Shown one piece after another: positions 46,038-54,901 of a stretch of 64,000 nt of DNA. Numbering within the stretch: position 1 is the stretch's first letter; each line of letters begins with the position of its first letter. The DNA is from Thermoproteota archaeon (GTDB lineage: Archaea > Asgardarchaeota > Jordiarchaeia > Jordiarchaeales > Freyrarchaeaceae). Location: positions 77,302 to 141,301 of the forward strand of contig JAPDJY010000035.1 of the NCBI GenBank assembly GCA_029258835.1, given 5' to 3'. Under the pieces are notes generated by a model. The model did not search any database, was not told the DNA's origin, and saw only the letters and a list, made by a program, of their open reading frames with translations. Position numbers and translations under genes: made by a program.

Positions 46038-47330
46038 TCAGAAAACATGGAGGAAAAGCTTAACCTTAACCCTTTCTCCCTCTTCGATTCCCTCAGCCTC
46101 TTCAGGGACTTCAAGCACTCCATCAGCTTTAGTCATGCTGCTAAGTATGCCCGAGCCAGCCACCCTTAGTGGAATTGCGATCAGTTTTCCATCTCTCTCT
46201 TCAAGTTTAACCCTAACAAAGTCCCTTCTACCGAGAGACGAGGGGACACGCCTAGCCAAAACTGCTTCTACAACTGGTCTGGGGTCTATGTTTTTCGCCC
46301 CAAGCATCGACCTTATCGTAGGGGCCACAATGCTTTCAAAAGAGATCATGGCAGCTACCGGAAAACCTGGAAGGCAGAAAACAGGTTTCTGGTCAACTAT
46401 GAACACAGCTGTTGGCCCACCCGGCCTAATGGTTATCCCGTGTGCAATGCATTCTCCCCCCATTTCTGCTATGACCTCAGGCATGTAATCGTACTTACCC
46501 ACGGAGGTTCCACCCGAGAAAACTGCTATGTCAAATTTTAGAGCTTCCTCCACTGTCCTCCTCAGCTTTCCCGGTTCGTCTGGTGTGACGCCTAGATATG
46601 TGGGCTCGCCGCCGTAGATTCTAGTTAGACCGGCTAACACGTATTCGTTAGAAGCTACTATCTGGCCCACCTTTGGCTCTTCATCAGTCTCAACAAGCTC
46701 ACTTCCGGTTGAAGATATTGCCACCTTTGGCTTCATAGAGACATTTACTTCGTTAATTCCGCATTGCAGAAGTAATCCTACTTCTTGGGGTCTTATCGTG
46801 GCGCCATCAGGCAACACGATGTCTCCTATCTTAACATCCTCGCCTTTACGCGAGACGTTTTGGTATGGTGTCACCGGCCTATAAACATGCACGTATCCTT
46901 CATGCACTGACGTGTACTCCACCATAACAACCGCGTCGGCGCCTTGCGGCATGGCTGCACCTGTAGATATGTGGACGGCCTCCCCTCGCTTAACCCTATG
47001 TTTCACTGGTTCTCCAGCGAGTGCTTCACCTACAATCTTTAGCTTTGCAGGGTTCTCCTGACTGCACCCGAAGGTGTCTTCTGCCACCACGGCGTATCCA
47101 TCCATAGCAGCCCTATCAAAATGAGGTACGTCTCTTTTGGCTTCTACGCTGCCATAGGCTATTCGGCCTAGAGCTGAAATGGTGGGTATCTTCTCAGGGG
47201 GCATACGCGCCACTTTCTTAAGGAGAGCCTTTAAGACGTCGTCTAGCCTTCTTCTTTCTTGGAAGCCCTTCATCCTAACGTGTTTAGGCTTCAACCAGCT
47301 ACCTCCAAATCGCTTTAGCTCACTCAACAT
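46038..47330 (-). CDS. moeA: Molybdopterin molybdotransferase (second paralogue)
   Basis: AAMDGYAV, STGAAMPQGADAVVMVE, STGSEL, SGGTSVG, RPG, LPGFP. Confidence 0.9.
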   Translation of the reverse strand: MLSELKRFGGSWLKPKHVRMKGFQERRRLDDVLKALLKKVARMPPEKIPTISALGRIAYGSVEAKRDVPHFDRAAMDGYAVVAEDTFGCSQENPAKLKIVGEALAGEPVKHRVKRGEAVHISTGAAMPQGADAVVMVEYTSVHEGYVHVYRPVTPYQNVSRKGEDVKIGDIVLPDGATIRPQEVGLLLQCGINEVNVSMKPKVAISSTGSELVETDEEPKVGQIVASNEYVLAGLTRIYGGEPTYLGVTPDEPGKLRRTVEEALKFDIAVFSGGTSVGKYDYMPEVIAEMGGECIAHGITIRPGGPTAVFIVDQKPVFCLPGFPVAAMISFESIVAPTIRSMLGAKNIDPRPVVEAVLARRVPSSLGRRDFVRVKLEERDGKLIAIPLRVAGSGILSSMTKADGVLEVPEEAEGIEEGERVKVKLFLHVF

Positions 47331-47877
47331 GGTATATTATATGGTTAATCTCTGGGAGGATAAGCTTGGTCAACGCTATGTGAGCCGCGTTAGGTGAGCC
47401 GGGGAGGCAAAAAACCGGGACGCCACGGTATATTCCTGCCTCGGCGCGCGTAAGCATGGCTGCAGGACCTATTTCCTTGTAGCTTTCAAACCTTAAAAGT
47501 TCACCAAACCCAGGTATTTTCTTCTCGAGTAAGGGTAAAACCGCCTCTACCGTTACATCGCGTTTAGCGAGGCCCGTCCCCCCTGAAGCAACCACGACAT
47601 CTACTCCCTTGCTAATTGCGGTGTTAATGGCTTTAACTATGGCTTTTTTCTCGTCTGGAACTACTATTCTGAACTTAACGCGGTGTCCTGCTCTTTCAAC
47701 TAGTTCCTTTACGATTGGGGTGGTCTCGTCTGTGCTTTCTCCTCCTTGTTTCTCTTCCTTATAGCGTGTATCACTAACTATTATGAGAGCAAAGTCTAGT
47801 TTTTTCTTTATTCTATGTTTGTGGTGGGTTGGTTCAGCTTTCAATTTATCCACCAGCTTTAGATTTACTGATGACAC
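47320..47877 (-). CDS. moaB: MoaB/MogA molybdopterin adenylyltransferase
   Basis: IVSD, VVPDE, GGTG..RDVTVEA, PGFGE, AMLTRA, LPGSP. Confidence 0.88.
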   Translation of the reverse strand: MSSVNLKLVDKLKAEPTHHKHRIKKKLDFALIIVSDTRYKEEKQGGESTDETTPIVKELVERAGHRVKFRIVVPDEKKAIVKAINTAISKGVDVVVASGGTGLAKRDVTVEAVLPLLEKKIPGFGELLRFESYKEIGPAAMLTRAEAGIYRGVPVFCLPGSPNAAHIALTKLILPEINHIIYHVE

Positions 47878-48289
47878 GTATTTCCTCTATCATTGTTTCA
47901 GGATACTGCCCCCTCTCGTCTTTTTCGTACTGTTTACACATATCCCAGACTGCTAACAGAGACGCAGATACGGCGGTTAACGCCTCCATCTCCACTCCTG
48001 TTTTTCCTATAGACTTAACAACAGCTTTCACCTTGACGAAGCTTCCACCTACATCCACATTTATGCTAATGCTGGTTATAGGTATTGGATGGCAAAGGGG
48101 AACTAATTCTGGAGTTTTCTTAGCGGCTAGGATCCCTGCTATCTGTGCAACTGCAATTACATCTCCCTTCTCGATCCTTCCTTCCTTTATTAGCTTAGCA
48201 GTTTCTGGTTTAAGCCTTATTTTTCCTTCTGCCTCCGCCATCCTGAAGACATCCTTTTTCTTTCCTATGTCGACCATACTCACATGCAA
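47846..48289 (-). CDS. moaC: Cyclic pyranopterin monophosphate synthase
   Basis: MVDI, KGDV, AAKKT..LVPLCH, TGVEMEAL, WDMCK. Confidence 0.95.
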   Translation of the reverse strand: MHVSMVDIGKKKDVFRMAEAEGKIRLKPETAKLIKEGRIEKGDVIAVAQIAGILAAKKTPELVPLCHPIPITSISINVDVGGSFVKVKAVVKSIGKTGVEMEALTAVSASLLAVWDMCKQYEKDERGQYPETMIEEIRVISKSKAGG

Positions 48290-48403
48290 TTTCCCAAACC
48301 TCTTTAGTTGTCAGGTGAGAAACAGTTAATGGTTAGATTTAAACTGTTTTTCCATAGGATTTAACTAAGGGAACATTTTACAGGATCCGTCGAGAGTAGA
48401 CTA

Positions 48404-49207
48404 ATGGAGGGAAGGTGCTTAAAAGTGTTCATTTTCCAGTTTGTAGGGGTAGAACGGCATACAGGTAAAACGTGGAATATAGTTCAATTGATACGTGCAT
48501 TTAGAAGTAAGGGATTGAGGGTTGGAGTGGTTAAGCATGCCCACGGTTACGATCCATCCTTTGATCTTAAAAGCGAGACGGCTGGTAAGGACACTTTACG
48601 GTTTATGGACGCTGGAGCGGTAGCTGCAGTTGCTGTAACTGAGCAGCTGACTGCAACGCTCACCGACGCTAAATCTTTAGATGAAGTAGTAAGGTCGTTA
48701 ATGCCGCTGGTGGATGTGGTTTTCTTGGAGGGTTTCAGGGAAATCGGCGGCTACCCGCGGGTTATCGTTGCTAACAGCGTCGAGGAAGTAACCAGCCTTA
48801 TCTCAGATAAGGTCTTAGCTGTGACGGGAAGCGTCGCTGAAACCAGTTTTGACGAGATTAAAGAATTATATCCTACGGTTACTGTGGCTAGAAATGTAAA
48901 TGAGCTAGTAACCGTACTTTACGAGTTCATGGTTGAAGAGGTGGCACGAAGGGTTGGAGGGAAAGGATGTGGAGTTTGTGGATACCATAACTGTGAAGAG
49001 TTTATTAGGGCTCTTAGAGCAGGGGGGGCTAAACCAACAATGTGCCCTCAAATATCGCCAAGAGTTATGATCTACCTTGACGGAGAAAGGCTTTCCATAA
49101 ACCCGTTTGTACAAAGCATCTTTGAAAACGTTTTGAAGGGTGTGTTAAAGACACTTAAAGGCGTAGGAAATCCTAAACGTATAGAGATAATAATAAATTC
49201 ATTTTAA
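48404..49207 (+). CDS. mobB: MobB with C-terminal FeS domain
   Basis: TGKT, VVKHAH, GKDT, LEGF; CGVCGYHNC..CP; NPFV. Confidence 0.8.
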   Translation: MEGRCLKVFIFQFVGVERHTGKTWNIVQLIRAFRSKGLRVGVVKHAHGYDPSFDLKSETAGKDTLRFMDAGAVAAVAVTEQLTATLTDAKSLDEVVRSLMPLVDVVFLEGFREIGGYPRVIVANSVEEVTSLISDKVLAVTGSVAETSFDEIKELYPTVTVARNVNELVTVLYEFMVEEVARRVGGKGCGVCGYHNCEEFIRALRAGGAKPTMCPQISPRVMIYLDGERLSINPFVQSIFENVLKGVLKTLKGVGNPKRIEIIINSF

Positions 49208-49218
49208 TTTTTTGAGAT

Positions 49219-50067
49219 ATGTTCATGTTCTTGGTGATTTTGTTGCGTTACGCTGTTAAATTAGCTTATCTTGGGACGAACTATTTCGGTTTTCAACGTC
49301 AGCCTTCTAAGGTTACTGTAGAGTCTGTTCTGTTAGAAGGGTTACGTAGGGCGGGGATGATAGGATCGGTTAGAGAGGCAAAGTATGCTTCAGCAGGAAG
49401 AACGGATAGAGGCGTTCATGCCGTTAGCCAAGTTATTGCGTTCAACACGGACAAGGAACCATGTCTTCCCGTGCTAAATGCGTTCCTTCCAAGGGATGTA
49501 TGTTGCTGGGCTTACGCTGAGGTGCCAGAAGAGTTTAACCCTAGAAGAGACGCCCTAGTGAAAACTTACAGGTACTACGCTGTTTGGAGAGGAGAGAATT
49601 TAAAAAGTATGAGGAAAGCAGCGTCCTTTTTAATCGGGACACACGACTTTAAGAACCTATGTAAGCCACGGGGAGGGGAGTCAACTGTTAGAACTCTTAA
49701 GGAAGTCAAGGTTGAAAAAGTCGGCATCTTTCTTTGCTTTACTCTTTCAGCTAGGAGCTTCCTGTGGAAAATGGCTAGGAAGATAGTTTCAGCTCTTCTC
49801 ATGGTTGGCAGAGGCTCAAAACCTCCCGAATTTATTACTCGTCTCCTAGACCCTAATTTTAAAGTCCAGGAAGGAGTGGAGCCGGCTAAACCTGAAGGCT
49901 TAATCCTATATGATATAATGTACCCTTTCGAGTTTAAGGTTTGTGAGAAAAGCAAGAGAACTTTCCTAAAATACTTGAATGAAATGCTTTATAGCACACT
50001 CACATTATCTGCCGTTTATGACACGTTACGGGAAAAGCTGTGCGGTTCTCCTCTTATTCTCCCATGA
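49219..50067 (+). CDS. truA: tRNA pseudouridine(38-40) synthase
   Basis: AYLGTNYFGFQRQP, AGRTDRGVHA, GTHDF, FLWKMAR, PEGL. Confidence 0.92.
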   Translation: MFMFLVILLRYAVKLAYLGTNYFGFQRQPSKVTVESVLLEGLRRAGMIGSVREAKYASAGRTDRGVHAVSQVIAFNTDKEPCLPVLNAFLPRDVCCWAYAEVPEEFNPRRDALVKTYRYYAVWRGENLKSMRKAASFLIGTHDFKNLCKPRGGESTVRTLKEVKVEKVGIFLCFTLSARSFLWKMARKIVSALLMVGRGSKPPEFITRLLDPNFKVQEGVEPAKPEGLILYDIMYPFEFKVCEKSKRTFLKYLNEMLYSTLTLSAVYDTLREKLCGSPLILP

Positions 50068-51313
50068 TTTCAAGGATCTCCTTAGCTCGTTCTTTTGACA
50101 CAATCCTCTCGATCATTTTTGCGTCTAAGTTAAGCCATTTTGCTATGGCAGCAGCGATTTGAGGGTTACATTCAAAGATGAACTTAAGATATGGGAGGTA
50201 GGAGGCGAGAGCTTCCTTGGTGGAAACATGACACTTTTCACCTATTTTTCCTGCTATGGATGCAAGAGCTTCCCGGTTAGCCTTTGCTACACTCATACTT
50301 TTAACCCAGCTTGGAAACTGATACTTCACGAACTTACCTTTAGAGAACTCCCTAGATAATGATACACCAGCAGACATTAAGGTGAAAACGTACGTTAATA
50401 ACCCCCAATGCTGCCTGTTTCTAATTCTTCCAAGAAAAACGTCAGCCCTAGACAGCATATCATACGCGTTAGCCAACTCTGCAGGATGCTGCATGTGTTG
50501 CCATGTGTTTTCACATATCCACTGCATGAGCAAACTATAATCCACGTCGGCAGCAGACACGGCTGAAATTATGGCTTTCGCGGTTTTACCGTGAAAAATG
50601 GCTCCAAGAACATCGAAGACACTTCTCTCTTGATCTCTTAAAGAAAGAATTTCCAAGTCTTCTATGGTGATTTTTCTTTTTCCTTCCGCTACTGCTTGAA
50701 GGTCGTTAATTGCAGCTCTCAAATCACCCCTAGCATTTTCAGCTATCCTTTTTAGGACTTGAGGCTCAGCTTCTACCCCCTCTTTCTCGCAGATTCCAGC
50801 TAAAACGCTAACCATGACATTCGACTTAACTTTGTTATACCTGACAAGCTCACAGTACTCCCTTAAGGCGGCAAGCCTCGGATCCCACGGGTCATTAGCA
50901 GTTAAAATCGTTGGGTAAGTCGTGTTCTTGAGTATCTTTACTAGTTCACTTATACCTCCTCGGTCTTCACTTCCACTTATCCCATCAACTTCATCAACCA
51001 GAATAATTCTTTTTTCTCCACCTAAGATTGATGAAAGAGAGGCGGCGGACCCAACCGTTTTCTGAAGTGCTTCGACGTTTCTCTTATCACTAGCATTAAC
51101 CTCGATTAAGTCGTAACCTAGCTCGTGAGCGACAGCGTAAACCGAAGCGGTTTTACCCACGCCAGCGGGACCCCAAAGAAGCAAGGCCCTAGGCTTCTGG
51201 TCTGGACGCCATTCCTTAACAAACTCCACGAGCCTTCTAACCGCTTTCTTATTTTCTACAACATCTTCTGATCTTCGAGGCGCATACTTCTCGCTCCACA
51301 GAATCCTCGCCAT
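50054..51313 (-). CDS. rfcL: Replication factor C large subunit
   Basis: WSEKYAP, GPAGVGKT, EVNASD, DEVDG, GDLRAAINDLQ. Confidence 0.93.
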   Translation of the reverse strand: MARILWSEKYAPRRSEDVVENKKAVRRLVEFVKEWRPDQKPRALLLWGPAGVGKTASVYAVAHELGYDLIEVNASDKRNVEALQKTVGSAASLSSILGGEKRIILVDEVDGISGSEDRGGISELVKILKNTTYPTILTANDPWDPRLAALREYCELVRYNKVKSNVMVSVLAGICEKEGVEAEPQVLKRIAENARGDLRAAINDLQAVAEGKRKITIEDLEILSLRDQERSVFDVLGAIFHGKTAKAIISAVSAADVDYSLLMQWICENTWQHMQHPAELANAYDMLSRADVFLGRIRNRQHWGLLTYVFTLMSAGVSLSREFSKGKFVKYQFPSWVKSMSVAKANREALASIAGKIGEKCHVSTKEALASYLPYLKFIFECNPQIAAAIAKWLNLDAKMIERIVSKERAKEILEIMGE

Positions 51314-51316
51314 CCT

Positions 51317-52288
51317 TTACCCACCAATTTGCGACCCTATATAGGAAAACTTTGCTAAGAGCGCACTAAGCTGGATTTCCTCGTTTGCACCTTCGCTCAT
51401 CCTAAAGTCTATTTCGCCCACTGTATCAGCCAGCTGAACCTTCCATTTTTCAGGAATATCTAAGTTAAATAGTTCCCTATGAATTTGCCTGACAACGTCT
51501 ATTCCAGAAAGACCGTATGAAATCAAAAGTTCATGAAGCCTTCTTCTTGCTTGAACAAAATTGCCCTTAAGGGCAAGCCCCAGCATCTCACGCACTTCTT
51601 CAGGACGTGCCTTACCGGTAACCATGAACACGGAATCCGAAGTGACAGGACCCCCCATAGCTGCTGCCGCCTGAAGCGTATTTATTGCCCGCCTCAAGTC
51701 GCCCTCGCACACGTAAAGGATCGCCTCAACGCCACCATCGTCGAGCTCAACCCCCTCCATCTCTGCTATGTAAACTAGTCGCCCTATGATGTCCTCCCTG
51801 CTAAGGGGTGAGAACCTGAATAGAGCACATCTAGACTGAATCGGTTCGATTATCTTACTTGAATAATTAACTACAAGTATAAACCTGCATGTTCTAGTAA
51901 ACCGCTCCATCGTCCTTCTTAATGCTTGCTGTGCTTCCTGAGTTAATGCATCAGCTTCATCTAAAACGAGAATTTTAAATGGCACATCACCAAGAGGCAT
52001 CGTTCTAGCGAAATCTTTCACGACTCCTCTAATAACATCGATGCCCCGCGCATCACTTGCATTTAACTCGAGAAAGTTCCCCTGGAAATGCTCCCCGAAC
52101 AGATCATGTGCCAAACATAGTGCAGCAGTCGTTTTTCCTGTTCCTGGAGGCCCCGCAAAGAGACAGTGTGGCATATCTCCTTTATCAACAAACATCTTAA
52201 GCCTTGAAACTATCTCTTTTTGATTAACCATGTCACTGAGAGTTCTCGGACGGTATTTTTCAGTCCACATTAACGCCTCCTCACTCAA
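51317..52288 (-). CDS. rfcS: Replication factor C small subunit
   Basis: [44 protein letters not shown]. Confidence 0.95.
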   Translation of the reverse strand: MSEEALMWTEKYRPRTLSDMVNQKEIVSRLKMFVDKGDMPHCLFAGPPGTGKTTAALCLAHDLFGEHFQGNFLELNASDARGIDVIRGVVKDFARTMPLGDVPFKILVLDEADALTQEAQQALRRTMERFTRTCRFILVVNYSSKIIEPIQSRCALFRFSPLSREDIIGRLVYIAEMEGVELDDGGVEAILYVCEGDLRRAINTLQAAAAMGGPVTSDSVFMVTGKARPEEVREMLGLALKGNFVQARRRLHELLISYGLSGIDVVRQIHRELFNLDIPEKWKVQLADTVGEIDFRMSEGANEEIQLSALLAKFSYIGSQIGG

Positions 52289-52405
52289 ATGATATCACCC
52301 CGGTTCAAAAGTTAACATTTGTAAGGCGCTCCCTCCACCTTACACTCATCATCCCATTCTTCCCTTTAAACTCTAAAGGTCCTAGGCTTTTAAGGTTAAA
52401 GCTCC

Positions 52406-53338
52406 TTAAGTGAAAAAACTATCAATCTTGCTTTTGTCATTATATCTTACGATGGTAAGATCACCACGTAAAAAGTCTAAGAGCTTTAATGCTTCCTGTA
52501 TTCTTCCCTCGATTCCCCCCTCCACCCTCGCCTCGCAAAAAATAGCGACTTTGTGGAGGTACCTCTGCTCTCTTAAAACCGACAGGAAAAGCTTCCAAGG
52601 AACCCCGCCACTCTTAAGAGCTGTATGCTCCTTTTCCCCCCTCCTTGTAACCACAATACCTGATAGATGAATAGGTAATTTATATTTGCTTAGGTCTATG
52701 TAAGCATCTATCAATTCAAGGCGACGTAAGATTCCCTCCTTTAATGTTACAAGACCTCCACGGGCGTAGTCATGAGCAACATCCCAGCAAAAAAGGCAGC
52801 CGACTTCCCCTGCAAGTTTAACCAAAGTCTCGAATCCTGCAAAATTTCCTTTCTTACCTGCAACTTCAGGAGCCGGCATGGTAACATATCCTTCCTCCTC
52901 TTTTTCTTTCATGACATTTCTCAGGAAATTCTTGACCCTCTCCTCGGCTTGCTTCCTTATAGGACCACAGTGAAACGTTAAATGGTTTGCAGATAAAATG
53001 TTACCTAACTTAAAGCATACTGTGAAATGTGCTTTGGATAAACGCTCCCTCTTCCTGTTACCAGAAGTTAATACGACCGTATATGGGGCGTGAAGCCCTA
53101 CTAGCAATCCCTCGAAAAGGTCACGCACAGCTTTTACCTGGTTGACTGAAGGATAGGTTACTTCCTGACTGCCAGGTTTGACGTAGAGTCTACATTTCGA
53201 GAAAGAAAGCTCGACAACCGTTAATCCACTATTCCTTAAACATTTAGAAAGGGTCTCTAAGGAGGCTTTCTCGGTAAACCTTGTAAAAGGATAGCCTGCA
53301 ACTCCTACAAAAAGCAAAAGCACCAGCTCCACGTTCAC
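52406..53338 (-). CDS. Endonuclease IV-like TIM-barrel protein
   Basis: GVAGYP, LHAPY, FHCG, PEVAGK, WDVAHDYAR, HLSG, GEKEH. Confidence 0.7.
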   Translation of the reverse strand: MNVELVLLLFVGVAGYPFTRFTEKASLETLSKCLRNSGLTVVELSFSKCRLYVKPGSQEVTYPSVNQVKAVRDLFEGLLVGLHAPYTVVLTSGNRKRERLSKAHFTVCFKLGNILSANHLTFHCGPIRKQAEERVKNFLRNVMKEKEEEGYVTMPAPEVAGKKGNFAGFETLVKLAGEVGCLFCWDVAHDYARGGLVTLKEGILRRLELIDAYIDLSKYKLPIHLSGIVVTRRGEKEHTALKSGGVPWKLFLSVLREQRYLHKVAIFCEARVEGGIEGRIQEALKLLDFLRGDLTIVRYNDKSKIDSFFT

Positions 53339-53477
53339 AGTAACCGTTATTAACGAGGAAGAAGGCGTTAAATATAAAAGAATCGTTATGCTTTCAACAT
53401 TAGAAACATCGAAGCATAGTTTTTAAATGTTTTTATACGTGAAGTCGTAATTGCTTAACCGTCTACTCACTAAGTTA

Positions 53478-53492
53478 GAGAAAACTTATATC
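53478..53492 (+). promoter_or_regulatory. BRE/TATA of the SRP RNA gene
   Basis: GAGAAAACTTATATC lies about 27 nt upstream of the SRP RNA 5' end. Confidence 0.6.
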
Positions 53493-53517
53493 TTGTTTTT
53501 TAACTACTTTATTACTT

Positions 53518-53873
53518 GGGCGGTGGGTCTAGGCGGGCTGCTAGGGGTAGCCTGACGGAGGGTTTATCCCTCCTGACCGCAAATCCTCTATATGGCGGGC
53601 CGAAAGCCGGCGTGAGGCACCTCCAACCCGCTGTTTTGCCCTTCACGTTAAGGCGATGAAAACTCGTCCCGGAGGGCTGGCGGTGGCCGTCCACTCTCCG
53701 TAGGGAGGGTGTGTTCGGCCTTTACCAGGGGAACCGGCTAGGCCCGGGAGAGCGGTGGATGCCTCGATGGAGCACCCTAACCCTGGACGTTCAGTGCTTC
53801 CGGGAGCGCGGGTTTGAGACCAAACGTGAAGGGGGTAGTGGGAAGGAGTGTCGAGCGCCGGGACCCACCGCCC
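53518..53873 (+). ncRNA. ffs: Archaeal SRP (7S) RNA, intron-containing
   Basis: GC-rich; helix 1 GGGCGGTGGGTC/GACCCACCGCCC; Alu loops TAGGGG/CCTCTA; CGATGA..CTCGTCCC; helix 6 with GTAG tetraloop; helix 8 AGGCCC...GGAGCA. Confidence 0.93.
53751..53768 (+). other. BHB intron (18 nt) in SRP RNA helix 8
   Basis: Central helix CGGG(53745-48)/CTCG(53763-66); bulges AG^A and AT^G; intron stem GCG/TGC; splice yields AGGCCC-GGGA-GGGAGCA. Confidence 0.82.
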
Positions 53874-53915
53874 TCTAATTTCTGAAAAAATACTCTTTAA
53901 TTTGAAAAAGTGAAG

Positions 53916-54854
53916 TTAGCTGCTCTCTCCTAGAAGTTCGCCTAAAAGCTGACATGTTTTGCATATTTCCTCTGATGACGGCTCCCCACACCTAATACAC
54001 GTTTTAAGGTACGCTTCTTCTTCAGGTATTTTCTCAAGTATTTTAGTATATATTCTTAAGATGCTGTATTTTGTTCCGGGGTGATCTCTTTCAAGCCTGT
54101 TAAGGAAGTTTCTCACATCTTCTCTATACGCTTCCTGATGGTAGGGGCATGGTGTTTGATGATGATCGATCTGGTTGAAGTGCACGTAGAGGGCGATTTC
54201 TTCCTCAGGTATTTCTTTGAAAGGCTTAACGCGAGGCACCAATCCTTCTATTGTTAATTTTTTTCTTGGTCTATTTCTGAGGAAACGTACAATGTCTCCC
54301 CTTAAGATATTCATAAGGATAGTTTGGGTTTCGTCGTCTAAATTGTGAGCTGTCGCTACCACGTCCGCACCAACCTGCCTTGCAAGCATGTTTATGGCTT
54401 TTCTTCTCAGAACGCCGCAATAAGTACATGCTTTAAGCCGTTTTTCACCGAACTTTTCTTGAGCTATTGAAACTAGCTCATCTAAAGTGTAGCTAAAGAG
54501 TTCTTTAAATGAGGACTTTCTCCATTCAACCCCAAGTTTCTTAGTTGCCTTTTTTATTATTCTCAGGGCGTCCTCCCTGTAACCAAGTATCCCTTCATCA
54601 ACTGTTATTACCACTAATTCGCTTTCCGGATATTTCTGCTCTATTTTGTTAAGGATGTAAAGCAGCGCCATGCTGTCTTTTCCTCCGGAAACGGCAATGG
54701 CTACCCTGCTGTCCGGTTGTAGCATTTTGTATCGAGAAATGGTTCTTCTAACTTTTTTCTCAAGGGATTCCGTAAAACATTTTTTACATAATTTTTCGCC
54801 TGAGTATGGACGGTAAATTACTGCTTCACGGTGACAGTACATGCATGTGCTCAA
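53916..54854 (-). CDS. tRNA 2-thiolation protein (TtuA/NcsA/Ctu1 family)
   Basis: CMYC..LCKKC, SGGKDS PP-loop, CTYCGVLRR, TAHNLDDE, CPY, CIRC..CKTC. Confidence 0.9.
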   Translation of the reverse strand: MSTCMYCHREAVIYRPYSGEKLCKKCFTESLEKKVRRTISRYKMLQPDSRVAIAVSGGKDSMALLYILNKIEQKYPESELVVITVDEGILGYREDALRIIKKATKKLGVEWRKSSFKELFSYTLDELVSIAQEKFGEKRLKACTYCGVLRRKAINMLARQVGADVVATAHNLDDETQTILMNILRGDIVRFLRNRPRKKLTIEGLVPRVKPFKEIPEEEIALYVHFNQIDHHQTPCPYHQEAYREDVRNFLNRLERDHPGTKYSILRIYTKILEKIPEEEAYLKTCIRCGEPSSEEICKTCQLLGELLGESS

Positions 54855-54901
54855 TCAGGCGGCCTCCAACTTAAACATTTTTACTTGTGAGCCTTGTGTG
54901 C

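Noticed and set aside
31215-52288. Inteins in MCM or RFC
   Set aside because: Normal lengths and contiguous Walker motifs
53140-53200. CCTG/CAGG hairpin in the endonuclease IV-like gene as an in-frame intron
   Set aside because: No central helix or exon helix pairs around it
53551-53577. Alu-domain hairpin as a second canonical BHB intron
   Set aside because: No 4-bp central helix forms in any register tried; kept only as an extra-helix observation
53512-53694. 60-aa minus-strand ORF
   Set aside because: Shadow of the GC-rich SRP RNA gene
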